Positions 46,520 through 62,800 of a DNA stretch of 64,000 nt are shown here, one piece after another. Within the stretch, counting starts at the first letter, position 1. Each line of letters begins with the position of its first letter. The position numbers and the translations under genes are program-made. Under the pieces are notes generated by a model. The model was not told the DNA's origin. It did no database searches and saw nothing but the letters and a program-made list of their open reading frames with translations. The stretch lies in NCBI RefSeq assembly GCF_009914755.1, contig NC_060925.1. One strand, written 5' to 3'. Source of the stretch: the human T2T-CHM13v2.0 reference genome, Homo sapiens.

Positions 46520-46935
46520 ATCCTGTATCATTTTCCCCCAGCACACAACATACCAGTCACTCTTACCTCCTTTCTCTTTCTCACCAAGATTCTTTCTGTC
46601 TCCTAATCACAATTACTCTTTCTTTCACCAGAAAGTCTCTAGTCATAACTCTTTTTATGGGTGCCTCATTCTCTCCTTCAGTTTTCACTCAGAAGCCATG
46701 TTAGAAAGCCCATATTGTCCATTTTATCTAATGTGTTATTACTTTGAAAAACACCACCTCATTTACTTTCTTCACAAATTTCATCATGATTAATCATTGA
46801 TTTGTTTCTTTATTTCTATATTTCCTTTCTCCTCTACTAACTCTATGAAAGCAACAACTTTATATCTATTGTGTTGCTGATGTCTAGTGCCTATCAAAGT
46901 GTGGGTACAGAATAGGCACTCAAAGAATACTTTCT
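46520..46935 (+). mobile_element. L2 3' fragment
   Basis: ctctatgaaagcaac...tctagtgcctatcaaagtg...taggcactcaaagaatac. Confidence 0.55.
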
Positions 46936-47513
46936 CAGGAAAACAGTTTTTTATGCAGTAGGTTTTTATTTAATTATATTATATGTGGGGGGATATTCTG
47001 CAGTCTTCAAATGCTCTAAAATGAATAGTAATTCTTCTCATCTAAAACAATAACATTTTAAACTATATTGAATCAGTGAATACATCATAAGATCCTGTTC
47101 TCAAATAAACAAGTTTCTTGAATGTTACATGTGGAGAAGTTTGCACACTTGGAAGAAAAAGAAACCACTATACCCGTGGCTTGCGCTATACCAAATTAGA
47201 ATGAAAAGGAAAAGCATATCTGTCTTGAAATTACATTTCAGCTTTCTTCGAATGGGATAGGGTCAGGGAGGCAAATGGTTTGGAGAAATAAAGATTCAAT
47301 TGTTTAATGTGTCTTTCATACATATATTTTGTCAAAAAGAGATTCCTAGAAACCGGGAAAAGTACTAGAAGCCAAAGTGGCTTGTCTCAATTTATAGAAT
47401 TAATCAAATAATGTTAGTCTTTATCCATTCTCAAAGGACAGCTTCAAGAATCAATCTAAACTTTAAATATGCTGAAGTGGGTTTGTAGTTGTAGCCCAAA
47501 CAGAAAGACTGGG

Positions 47514-49966
47514 CGATATAGTTAGGATATTTGTGCCCACCCAAATCTCATGTTGAAATGTAATCCCCAGTGTTGGAGGTGGGGCCTGGTGGGAGGGGTT
47601 TGGATCATAGAGGCAGACCCCTCATGAATGGCTTGCTCCATGCCCTTTGTGATAAGTGAGCTCTTGCTCTAACTTCACACAAGATCTGGTCATTTAAAAG
47701 TATGTGGCACCTCTCCCCTGAATCTCTCTCTCTTGCTCCCACTCCCACTCTATGAGACACCTGATCCCTTTTCACCTTCCTCAGTGAGTAAAAGTTCACT
47801 GAGGCCTCCCCAGAAAACAATCAGTTGCCAGTGGCATGCCTGTACAGCATGCAAAACTATGAGCCAATTAAACATCTTTTCTTTATAAATTACCCAGTCT
47901 TATATATTTCTTTATAGTAATGCAAGAATGGCTTAATGCAGAAAATTGATACCAAGGGGTGGGGCATTTCTATAAAGATACCTTAAAATGTGGAAATGAT
48001 TTTGCAATTGGGTAATGGGCAGAGGTTGGAAGTATTTGGAGGGTTCAGAAGACAAGAAGATGAGGGAAAGTTTGCAATTTCTTAGAGACTGGTTAAATGG
48101 TTGCGACCAAAATGCTGCTAGTGATATGCACAGTGAAATACAGGCTGACAAGGTCTCAGATGGAAATGAAAAAGTTATTGTGACCTGGAGCAAAGGTCAT
48201 ATATGCTATGCCTTAGCAAAGAACTGGGCTGCATTCTGTTCATGCCCTAGGGAACTGTGGAAGTTTGAGCTTGAGAGTGATGACCTAGGGTATCTAGGGG
48301 AAGAAATTTCTAGGCAGCAAAACATTCTAGATATCACCTGGCTGCTTCTAACAGCCTGTGCTTAGATGTAGGAGCAAAGAAATGACTTAAAGTTAGAATT
48401 TATATTTAAACATGAAGCAGAGTGTAAAAGTTTCAAAAATTTGCAGACTAGTCAGTGGCAGAGGAAAAAAATGCTTTTTTGAGAGAGGAATTCAAGCAAG
48501 CTGCAGAGCAACCACTTGCTGAAGATATTTGCATAATTAAAAAGGAGAACGACTAATATTCAAAACAATGGGGAAAGACCTCAAAGGCATTTCAGAGACC
48601 TTTAAGGCAGTCCCTTCTGTCACAGGCTCAGAGGTGTAGGAGGGAAAAATGGTTTTGTAAGCCCGGCCCAGGGCCCCTCTTCCTTGCACAAGACACTGCT
48701 TCCCACACCCCAGCCACTCTAGATCAAGCCGTGGCTCAAAGGGGCCTATGTACAGCTTGGGCTGCCACTTTGGAGAATATAAGCTCTAAGCCTTGGTGGC
48801 TTCCACATGGTGTTAAGCCAGTAGGTACACAGAATGAAAGAGTAAGGAACACTTGGCAGCCTCCATCTAGGTTTTAGAGGATGTATGAGAAAGCCTGGGT
48901 GGCCAGGCAGAAGGCTTCTGCAGGGCTGGGGCCCTCATAGAGAATTTCTACTAGGGCAGTGCCAAGGGGAAATGTGGGAATGGAGCCCTCACATGCAGTG
49001 CCCCATGGGCCACTGGTTATAGGAGCTGTGAGAATGTGGTCTCTGTCCTCCAGACCCCAGAATGATAGATCCATTGGCAGCTTGTATCCTGTTCCTGGAA
49101 AAACCACAGGCATTCAACTCCAACCCATGACAGCAGGCCTGGAGACTGAACCCTGCAAAGCCAAAGGGGTGGAGCTACACAAGGCCTTAAGAATCCACCT
49201 CTTATAGCAGTGTGCCAGGATGTGGACATTGAGTCAAAGGAGACTGTTTTTAAGCTTTGAGATTTAATGACTTTACTGCTGGGTTTCAAATTTACATAGG
49301 GCCTGTATTCCCTTTCTATTGGCTAATTTCTCCCTTTTGTTTATTCAATGCCTAGACCTCCATTGCATCTTGGGAGTAAATAACTTGTTTTGATTTTATA
49401 AGTTCATCAGTGGAAGAAACTCAGTTTGGATTTGGGACTTGGGACTTTGAGTTAATGCTGGAATGAGTTAAGATTTTGGGGGAACTTAGAGAAGGGATGA
49501 TTATATTTTGAAATGTGATAAGGAAAACATTTGGAAGGGGCCAGGGCAGAATGATATTTGTCCCTACCCAAATCTCATGTTGAAATATAATCCCCAATGT
49601 TGGAGGTGGGGCTTTGTAGGAAGTGTTTGGATCATGGGGTGGATCCTTCAAGAATGACCTAGGCCATTTGCTTTGTGATAAGTGTGCTTTTGCTCTGAGT
49701 TTACGTGAGACCTGGTCGTTTAAAAGTGTGTGGTGCCTCCCCATGCACTCTCTCTTTCTTGATCCTGCTTCCACTATGTGAGACACCTTCTCCCTCTTCA
49801 CTTTCTGCCATGAGTAAAAGCTCCCCGAAACCTCCCAAGAAGCCAAGCAGATGCCAGTGCCATACTTGTACAGTCTGCAAAGTTGTAAGCCAATTAAACC
49901 TCTTATCTTTATAAATTACCTATTCTCAGGTATTTCTTTATAGCAGTGTAAAAATGGCCTAGCACA
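47514..49966 (+). mobile_element. Complete MaLR provirus MST (MSTA1/MSTB-like): 5' LTR 47514-47940, internal 47941-49551, 3' LTR 49552-49966
   Basis: Two homologous LTRs flanking MST-int (degenerate ORF 48015-48365 etc.), purine tract before the 3' LTR, 5-bp TSD ctggg (47509-13) / ctgag (49967-71). Confidence 0.92.
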
Positions 49967-51699
49967 CTGAGTCAACATTTATTGAGTGCCTACACTTTGG
50001 AATTTTTGCTAGGTGTATGGAATATGTTTCCATATTTGACATATACGTTTCCTAACTTACCTGCAATAACAGAGTCAGAGCTAGTAACCAGGACTGGAAA
50101 ACTGAACTCTCCTAGATTTCATAGTCAATGTTGTTTCCATTGCAGTTTTCTTTTCTGTGGAAGGAACCTCAGTCAATTGACTATGGTTCTTGAAGTTTTT
50201 ACAAGCCACTTCAGAGTTTTCTTCTTCTCACTTTGAAATCTTTATCTGAGTTTTCTACTAAAGACCTCAACACATGGACATGTAAACACAGTTGAGGTAT
50301 TACACGTTTGGTCAGTGTTCAATTCCCCAATTTCATCTCTTTTTAAAAAATACTGTAATTAATTGTATTCATGTGCCATGGCACAGCCGGCAAGCATTTT
50401 AACCATCACCAAGTATTTAGAGATGCCTGTGAATTAAATTCATTCTCAGATGAGATTCCATGTACTCATAATCCAGACTTCCCTATGAACTTTGTTGTTG
50501 GCCTTTCTGGTTGAAAAATAGAAAATAGAGGGACCTTTGTAAAGGCAGCATAAATTACATAAAGTTCAAATCAGCAGGAGAACAACAAAGAAACACAAAC
50601 AAATGCCATCCTAGAGAATCTTGGTGGGGGATAAGGTGTTTATTAAGGATGACAGAAACCTCCTGATTTGAGAGACAATATCATTCACCTTATAGATCCA
50701 TCTCTCTAGCTGAAATGTGTTGAGTGAAATTTGATCTAAGCATAATGGGACTTGGTGTGAACCCAGATTTAAGTGGGAATGTGGGTTTGGGAGGCAGGTT
50801 TTGTCTGAGACTTCAGAGGCAGCACTGGGGCAGACAGTCAGATTACCACCTGGGAGTTCATTTGAGAATGTACCAGAGAGTAAGAAACCTGCTGAACTCC
50901 AAGAAAGACAGTCAGAAAACTGAAGAAGTAAGCAGGAATTGAAGAAAAGAGCCAGGGATCTGACACACAAAGTGCCTGGTGAATTTTCCTTAAGAGTTTG
51001 CCACTGTTTTAGCCAGATTCCATTGACCTGGTTACCTGGTAGAACAAGGTAGAACCTCATTGCTAGAGGCAACCCATTGCCTTTGAAAGGTAACTAGTGG
51101 GAACTCCTCAGAACATCAGACCTGGCCTCCCTTTCCTTTTAGGTTAAACACAAAGGCTATATGTAATCTGGCTACTTTCTTCTTCTCCAGCCTCATCCTC
51201 AACCATACTTTTTCCTTCACTCTCTGTACTGCAACCATAATGTCTCCAACATCTTCTTTTCTGCTTTCAGATTTGCCTTAACAGTCTGTCCTCCTCCTTC
51301 ATCTATTTAATTCCTCACTTATTCTTTTGATTTCAACTCAAGTGTCATTACATCAATACACCAGAATGGGTTGATCCAGGAAGCCTCTGTTTCTGTTTAA
51401 ATCATATAAAAATATGCTGGATACAATATAACAATTACTTTAAAAAATACATGCATAAGCTTGTACATCTCTCTCCAGCTGTAAGAAACAAGGAAGAAAC
51501 TCAAAGCCAGAGTAGTATGTAAAAATGAAAGCTCAGCAATTCCCAGGTGAATCAGAAATCTACCTCCATCCAAAGGGAAAGAGCTGGGGTTTCTTTTCAC
51601 TTTCTTCTCTCCCTTTCCTATTTGTTTCCTGTCAGGACAGTTCACTGCTGTAACTATTTATTTTAGCTGGTGTACCAGAAGACGAATATGTTTGGTAAA

Positions 51700-52640
51700 C
51701 AAAAGAGAGCCATGGTGTCCCAGAGAGGGGAGTTTGAGCTACAGCAGGGTGAGATTATGTTTGATCATGGCTGTCAAAGCCTGAGAGGGTAAAGAGAGTA
51801 TCATGCAGGGGCATCCCCTTGAAGGCAGACTGATGTGGAATATTAAGGTCCAAGTAGGCTTGACAATATATATGCATGGGGAGAACCTAGCACAGGGAGC
51901 TAGAATCCAAGTGTGGCAAAACGGATGTTCATGCGTGCAAGGATATGGCTTGGTATGTGATGTCAGAGTCCAGGCAGTATGAGGTGGGTATTTCTTTAGA
52001 AAGTCAGCCTTGCATGGAGGATGAAAGCCTAAGTGGGGTGAGACCCTACAGAGATTGATGATCTAGTGCAGAGTATCAAAGCCTAAATGGGAGTGGGTAG
52101 AGCATCCAAGTGGGAGAAGACTGGTATAGAGTATCAGAGACCAAGCATAGTAGGAGAGCATTTTACAGGCAATGGGGGAGGGGTGTGGAGGACAGAGAGC
52201 CAAAGGAAGGATTGGAGTCTACATAGTGAGAAGGGATTCCACACACTGGGGCAGTCTAACACAGGTGTCAGAGCCTTCCTTAAGGAGAGGATCCCAGTGA
52301 GAGGGAATTTACAGAGACCCAGCACAGAGTGTGGAAGCATATATAGGGTAAGGAGCCCAGTGAGAGGGAGTTTACAGAGACCCAGCACAGGGTGTGGAAG
52401 CATATGTAGAATAAGGAGAGCCTCTGCTTCAGGAAGGTGCTATAATGGCAATGGGAGATTGGAAGCATACAGGTGAATTGATTAGATAAGAAAATATGTT
52501 AAGGATAATGGAAGCCAGATAACTCACTGTTGGAGAAAAGAGTTCCAAACAGGAAACAAATAGAACGAGTCATTTGTTGTTGGATTTGAATTTAATTTAT
52601 TACTGTGAATTTGTAATTTTCAATATATACAGACAGAGAG
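51700..52640 (+). mobile_element. L1MC4/L1MC4a-like 3' UTR with degenerate internal tandem repeats
   Basis: Recurring gtcagag(c/t)cc...gagggcatcc-like units, then ggataatggaagccagataactcactgttggagaaaagagtt. Confidence 0.5.
52288..52418. repeat. 63-bp tandem duplication (~90% identical)
   Basis: agga(t/g)cccagtgagaggga(a/g)tttacagagacccagcacag(a/g)gtgtggaagcatat... at 52288 and 52351. Confidence 0.9.
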
Positions 52641-53396
52641 TAATAGAAATATAAAATCCAGTCAAAATTCTCATTTTAAGACACTTGGGCCAATTAAAGC
52701 AAAGAAGGAAGACAAAAAAAATCAATAAATAATAGGTTGTGGTATTAGTGTCCTAGATAGAATATTGAAAGTCAAAGCTGGTACTGAGCCCACTGGCTAA
52801 ATGCTGGGAGCCAAGAAGGTCTGTTAAGTCCATTAAAATAGGAATTAGATACATCTCAACTCTCCTAGGATTGTAGCTCCAAATGGGGCAGGCTACCCTA
52901 AGCCATGTAAAGAAAGAATTACCTGTGAGATAACTAATCGTGAGCCTGTGGTGTGCCTTGACCTGTGATCTAAATTTAGAAAACATATGCAATGGAAGCA
53001 ACTCCAATAGAAAAATGCTCATAAAACCCTAGTCACTCTAAGACCTTACTCAGGAGGCTCTGGCAATTTCCTAACAACACAATTGCCAGTGTATCTATCC
53101 ATCTACATTCCCTGTGTTATCAAATCCTTCCTACCTCAACAAGTCTTTCTATAGCCTTATTTATTCAGAGAATTTTAGAACCAAGTTCTTAATTAGTTAT
53201 TCTGTGGTTCCAGTCATCATGAGTCAGAATGTCTGGGAATTCAAATCCAATTAGAATTTCTAAAGAAAAATGTAAGTTTGGAATTAGGTATGTGGATTCA
53301 AAGATGTCAGTGGAAATGCCAGCGGACTTTTGCTGATAAATGGGAAGCTAAGAAGACAGTGGCCAAAGCTAGAGCTATTGGTTGTGGTAACATGGC

Positions 53397-53453
53397 GTTG
53401 ATGATGATGATGATGTTGATGACACTGATGATGATGATGATGATGATGATGAT
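53397..53453. repeat. (GAT)n microsatellite at a MIR end
   Basis: Interrupted GAT run. Confidence 0.9.
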
Positions 53454-53546
53454 AAATCTTCATTTTGTGCTTCCCATGTGATAGACACTATGCTAAGTGC
53501 TTCATATGTACTATCTCATGTAATCCTGACCTTAATGTTATAAAGG

Positions 53547-53856
53547 AAGTACACTCATTATATAGATGATCAAATGGAATGACTGAGAAATTAGTAACTT
53601 TCTTGAGTCTTCATAGTCAACAAGTGTTAGAACCAGTATTTGAGAAATCTGACTTTAGATTCTTACCTGTACTTTTAGATCTATACTCAACCATTTTGCA
53701 ACCAAGTACACTCATTGTATAGATGAACAAATGGAATGACTGAGAAATTAGTAACTTTCTTGAGTCTTCACACTCAACAAGTGGTAGAACCAGTATTTAA
53801 GAAATCTGACTCTAGATTATTACCTGTACTTTAAATCCATACTCAACCATTTTGCA
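53547..53856. repeat. ~157-bp tandem duplication of part of an antisense MIR (~93% identical)
   Basis: aagtacactcatt...ctcaaccattttgca at 53547-53700 and 53704-53856. Confidence 0.92.
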
Positions 53857-54690
53857 CTATAATAATTTTAAGAAACAAACAGAGAAGAAATCAGCTAGGC
53901 ATAAAAGACAAGATGTGGAGTGGAAGGAAAGAAATAGAAAATAGCAAAAAAGACAAGAGGAAAACATGGTGATAGAAGGGAACCTAGATAAAAATATAAT
54001 CTGGAAAGTTGAAGAAGCAATGTAAAGAAGAAAAGAGTTGATCAAAAGTTAAAAGCAATGCCCTGATTGAGCTCTTAGAGAAATTCTATAGATTGGATAA
54101 TTGGAATGTCAGAGATGATTATTTCAGCATAAATGTGTATTTCAAATCATGTATTCTCCCTTCTATTCCCTCTGTCTTTACTCTCTTCCCCTAAAAGTAT
54201 TATTCAGGTCAATATTTCAAATGGACTTGGAGCTGGTGCTAAAATCTACATATTTTGCTATTGAGCTTGACCTAAATGGAAGTATTATTAGTATGAGAGT
54301 GAGGATGTGAGATTAAGTTGTGATATTCAAGTCCTACTTGCAGAAAAATCTTCAGAATGGAGCTCCTGATAGAGCATTTTCTCCAGCCCAGAATGGCAAA
54401 GGATGGCACCGGAACAAGGCACATTCTCCACATTTAAGGATAATTTTTTATTTTCTCTCTCTCTTTCCTCTCTCTCTCACAGACACACATACACAAGAGC
54501 AAAACATTCTTCAAGATTTTGAAATATACTCAAGAAACATTGTGATTCTTTCCCTAGAGTTTGCCTCTAATTCTAATTGAAGTAATAATAATGCCTCAAA
54601 TTTTATAGAATTTATCACTTCTGTACTTTCTGACATAGCATGATTTCACATAAGGTAGCAGTCATTAATCGGGTTAGAAATCAGATTTTT

Positions 54691-54977
54691 GGCCGGACAC
54701 GGTGGCACATGCCTGTAATTCCAGCACCTTGGGAGGTAGAGGCAGGCCGATCATTTGAGGTCAGGAGTTTAAGACCAGCCTGACCAACATGGTGAAATTC
54801 CGCCTCTACTAAAAATACAAAACAATTAGCTGGTGTGGTGGTGCATGCCTGTAGTCCCAGCTACTGAAGAGGCTAAGGGCTTGAACCCAGGAGGCAGAGG
54901 TTGCAGTGAGCCAAGATCATGCCACTGCACTCCAGCCTGGGTGACAGAGTGAAACTCTATCTCAAAAAAAAAAAAAA
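54691..54977 (+). mobile_element. AluSz/Sx
   Basis: TSD aaatcagattttt at 54678-90 and 54978-90; 10-bp internal deletion (caggagaatc). Confidence 0.93.
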
Positions 54978-54990
54978 AAATCAGATTTTT

Positions 54991-55173
54991 CAAGTTTTAT
55001 TGTATTTTTAATTAATATAATAATTGTCCAGATGTATGGGATATAGTCTGATGTTTCAATCCATGTATACATTGTGTAATAATCAATTAGGTCATTTAGC
55101 ATATCTATCACCTTAAACATTGAGCATTTCTTTGCAATGAGAATATCCAAAATCTTCTCTTTTAGTTATTTTG
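54991..55173 (-). mobile_element. L1MA 3' end, left part (continues at 59578-59698)
   Basis: atgtttcaatccatgtatacattgtgtaataatcaattagg...atcaccttaaac...aatcttctcttttagttattttg. Confidence 0.85.
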
Positions 55174-55562
55174 TTCTTTTTTTTTTTTTTTGACTAAAAC
55201 GAAAGATATTTAAACACCTTTATTATCATGCATGGCAAGCTTCTTTAAAGGTTACTGGCTAAACAAATATATATGTGATTCTTATTTACATTTATTGACA
55301 CATCATATTACTTTGGAGAAGATAAAGGGTTTATCTTTAGTACAAAACCATTATCGCCATAATATTTCACAAGTGACTTGCCGATTTCCTCCATTACCAT
55401 AAAATCCAAATTATCACTGATGATTATCCCAGTCAGAGGTAAAGACAAAATAAAAGACACCATATTAAAGGAAAATTTAAAACCATTCATCATTGTCCCA
55501 GTTTGATTTTTTAATATAACCAAAGTTAAATAAAGTATTTAGAATTGTAGTCTTCTTTTAAT
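55174..55562 (-). other. L1-mediated 3' transduction (~370 bp non-L1 DNA plus second polyA)
   Basis: Lies inside the TSD pair, between the L1 tail (55563-55600) and an outer polyT (55174-55191); minus-strand AATAAA at 55219-24, 27 nt before the outer tail. Confidence 0.85.
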
Positions 55563-59698
<4,136 letters not shown>

Positions 59699-59715
59699 AA
59701 GCCAGATTTTTAAGA

Positions 59716-60091
59716 AAACTATCGCAAGAACAAAAAACCAAACACCGCATATTCTCAGTCATATGTAGGAATTGAACAATGAGATCACATGGACACAGGA
59801 AGGGTAATATCACACTCTGGGGACTGTTGTGGGGTGGGGGGACGGGGGAGGGATAGCATCGGGAGATATACCTAATGCTAGATGACGAGTTAGTGGGTGC
59901 AGCGCACCAGTATGGCACATGTATACATATGTAACTAACCTGCACAATGTGCACATGTACCCTAAAACTTAAAGTGTAATAAAAAAAAATAAAAATAAAA
60001 AAATAAAGATAAAAATTACCTTATAGATCAGGAGAAAAAAAATAAAAATAAAAATGGAACTCTGGTAATATGTTAAAAAAAAAAAAAAAAA
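59716..60091 (+). mobile_element. Short young L1 (L1PA2-like) with probable ~65-bp 3' transduction
   Basis: 3' UTR with gctagatgacGAGttagtggg; A-tail 59978-60007, non-L1 60008-60074 containing AATAAA, second polyA 60075-60091; inserted at ttttt/aagaaaa. Confidence 0.88.
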
Positions 60092-61246
60092 GAAAAAGAA
60101 AGTCTTGCTCCTTCCCTTCACCTACACCGGGAATGAGCTCATCTAACTTGGTGACTTCAAGAAGTTCAAGTTGCAAGGAGTCCACCACCACAGGAATCTC
60201 TAAATGCCTTTACAATCCTTAAGTTCAGCAGGATTCTTTGGAGCGATTCTTAAATTTAGGCAATGTTATTAGGCGTGGTCGTGCCTGTCTCTGCCATTAT
60301 TTTAGCTTTCATTACATACACTCCAAGGAAGAGAAGAGGCAAATAAGGTTCACAGATAGGTCAATCTTTGATAATATGATGAATTGATTACCTTCTGGAA
60401 GAGGGCACATTGTATAAGAAACATAACCTGGAGTTGGAACCAAAATTCTAGGAGTCAAGGCTTTACTGACCTGTGATCCCACATGTCACCCACTGGGTCT
60501 ATTTACCTGAAATTCCCATGTGAAATTCCCATGCTTCATTATCTGTCTTCTCCACTAGACTATGAATTCCACAATGACAAGTGCTATGCCTGTTTTGCTC
60601 AGCATTGATTCCCCCCGGCCCCATACAGCATACCCAGCTCTTCTTTAGAATCCTAGGTTTCCATGAAACACAGTTCAACCAAGCCATGAAAGGATTTGCC
60701 CAGAAATTGTTTGAGATTACTTTAACCAATTGTATAACTTTGGGCAAGAAGTTTATTTTTTTCTGCTTGTTCTTCTTCCTAAAAAATAGGCAATTGCTAT
60801 GGGCTTGATCCATTTCAAAGGGTTGTGGTGGGATTCCAATGATCCAGCCACTGAATAAATGGTAGATATCCAAACATGCCATGGAAATGAACAGTCTTGC
60901 TTCCCCATGAATCTTTTATCTGGTATGCCTAATAGAAAACATAGCATTCACCAAATGACTGGATCCAGGATCCTTTAAGGTCCATTCCAACTGTGAGAGT
61001 CTACAATTCCATAAGTCTAACAATCACTTTAATATATTTGGAATATTCTTTATATTTGCTTAGATATCCCCATTTAAGCATAAAGAATACATTTCTTAAA
61101 AATGTTTATTTGGACCAACTAAAATCTATCTAATGTAAGCTTCTCTCAATGAATTTTTAGCATATCCTCTAACCCACAGCTAAACTATCTAGGCTGTTAC
61201 TATTGAACACTTTATTAACTCTAAACTTCATATATATAATAATGAC

Positions 61247-61660
61247 TGACATAGATTGGCTGTTTGTCCCCTCCAAATCTCATGTTGAAATGTGATTCTC
61301 AATGTTGGAGGTAGGGCCTGGGGGGAGGTGATTGGGTCATGGGGGCAGATCCCTCATGAATAGTTTAGCACCATTCGTTTGGTCATAAGTGATTTCTTGC
61401 TATTAGTTTACGTGAGATCTGGTTGTTTAAAACAGTGTGGCACCTCCCCCACTTCTTGCTCCTACTCTCTCTATGTGATGCGCTGACTCCCCTTCACCTT
61501 CCACCATGATTGAAAGCTTTCTGAGGCCCTCACCACAAGAGATGCTGGCACCATGCTTCCTGTATAACCTGCAGAACCATGAGCCAATTAAACCTCTCTT
61601 CTTTGTAAATTATCCAGTCTCAGATATTACTTTATAGTAACACAAGAATGGCCTAATACA
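61247..61660 (+). mobile_element. MST (MSTB-like) solo LTR
   Basis: TG...CA ends, ccaaatctcatgttgaaatg, gagccaattaaacc; TSD atgac / ataac. Confidence 0.9.
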
Positions 61661-61903
61661 ATAACAGACTTTAATTGATGTATCATGATCCACAAAATAT
61701 TTCTATTTAGTTCTCTAGTACCCATTATTATCATTCCCATTTTACAGTTGAGGAAAATAAGAGTATTATATCCAATGCTAGTTTCAGGAAGAGGCAGTAT
61801 CAGACATTTACTTTCAAAACATCATCACTGTTATGTGTATAGATTAAATTTAGAAAGTCCACTTTTCTCTACCACTTCCTGGGCTAAAGTTTTTATTGGA
61901 TTC

Positions 61904-62334
61904 TGTATTAGTTTCGTATTGCTGCTGTAACAAATTACTGCAAACTCAATGGCTTACTTAATACAACAAATTTGTATTATCTTACAATTCTGGAGGTCAG
62001 AAGTCTCAAATGAGTCACCAGGGCTGTGTTCATTCTGGAGACTCTAGGAGAAAATCTTAGAGGCTGCCTGCATTCCTTGCTTGTGGCTCCTTCCTCCATT
62101 TCAAAGTCAGTAGCATAGCATCTTATCTCCTTTCTGACCTCCTGCTTTCCTCTTATAAAGATTCTTGTATTGTGCCTACCAGATAGTTCAGGATAATACC
62201 CCATCTCAAGATCCTGAACTCACATTCGCAAAGCTCATTTTGCCTTGTCAGGGAACATATTCATGGATTCTGGAAACAGGAATGTGGACACCTTTGGTGG
62301 GGTCAGGATTTAGGGCTTTTATCAATCTTCTGCA
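61904..62334 (-). mobile_element. MLT1C/D-like solo LTR
   Basis: tgtattagtttcgtattgctgctgtaacaaattac...ttctggaggtcagaagtc...caggataataccccatctcaagatcc. Confidence 0.85.
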
Positions 62335-62679
62335 GGTTTATCTTACAAACTCAATTTCACTGGCCCCAAATGAGCTGCTCAAAAACTGGCACACTCAAGA
62401 CTGCAGCATGGTCTCATGGAAAGAACTCATCTTAAGAATACAAAAGGTGGGTTTTAAACTTATTTATTTTCTACTTTGGTGACCTTGGTATTGTCATTTA
62501 TCTCTTTTAAGTTTTCATTTTCTCTTCAGAAAAAAAAAAATTAAACAGGGTATCCTAATTCACCTGAACTTAACAAACAGTTAAGTTATTAAAAACCTAC
62601 TATGCCAGCCTATGTTAGGTGACCTCCACGTTTGGGGTAAATGCAGAGTTGACTCTGCAAGGTGTTTGTGTTCCAATTT

Positions 62680-62800
62680 TTGTGAATAAGGAAACTGATT
62701 TGTAGAGAGGTTAGGAAATTTGCTTATGATAACATGGCAGTGGAAGAGCCAGGAAATGGACCCAGGTCTGTCCCATTCCAAAGCCCCTACTTTTCTCATA
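62680..62800 (-). mobile_element. MIR fragment
   Basis: ggaaactgatttgtagagaggttagg...ggacccaggtctgtcccattccaaagccc. Confidence 0.65.

Noticed and set aside
48015-49289. ORFs inside the MST internal region
   Set aside because: Degenerate MaLR internal ORF remnants; not intact.
50611-51072. 153-aa minus-strand ORF, the longest non-L1 frame
   Set aside because: Non-ATG start (TTG), no recognisable homology or splice context; length is compatible with chance.
53278-53481. Poly-methionine ORF
   Set aside because: Translation of a (GAT)n microsatellite.
55308-55523. 71-aa ORF in the transduced segment as a shuffled exon
   Set aside because: No recognisable protein family and no clear splice acceptor; cannot support without a database search.
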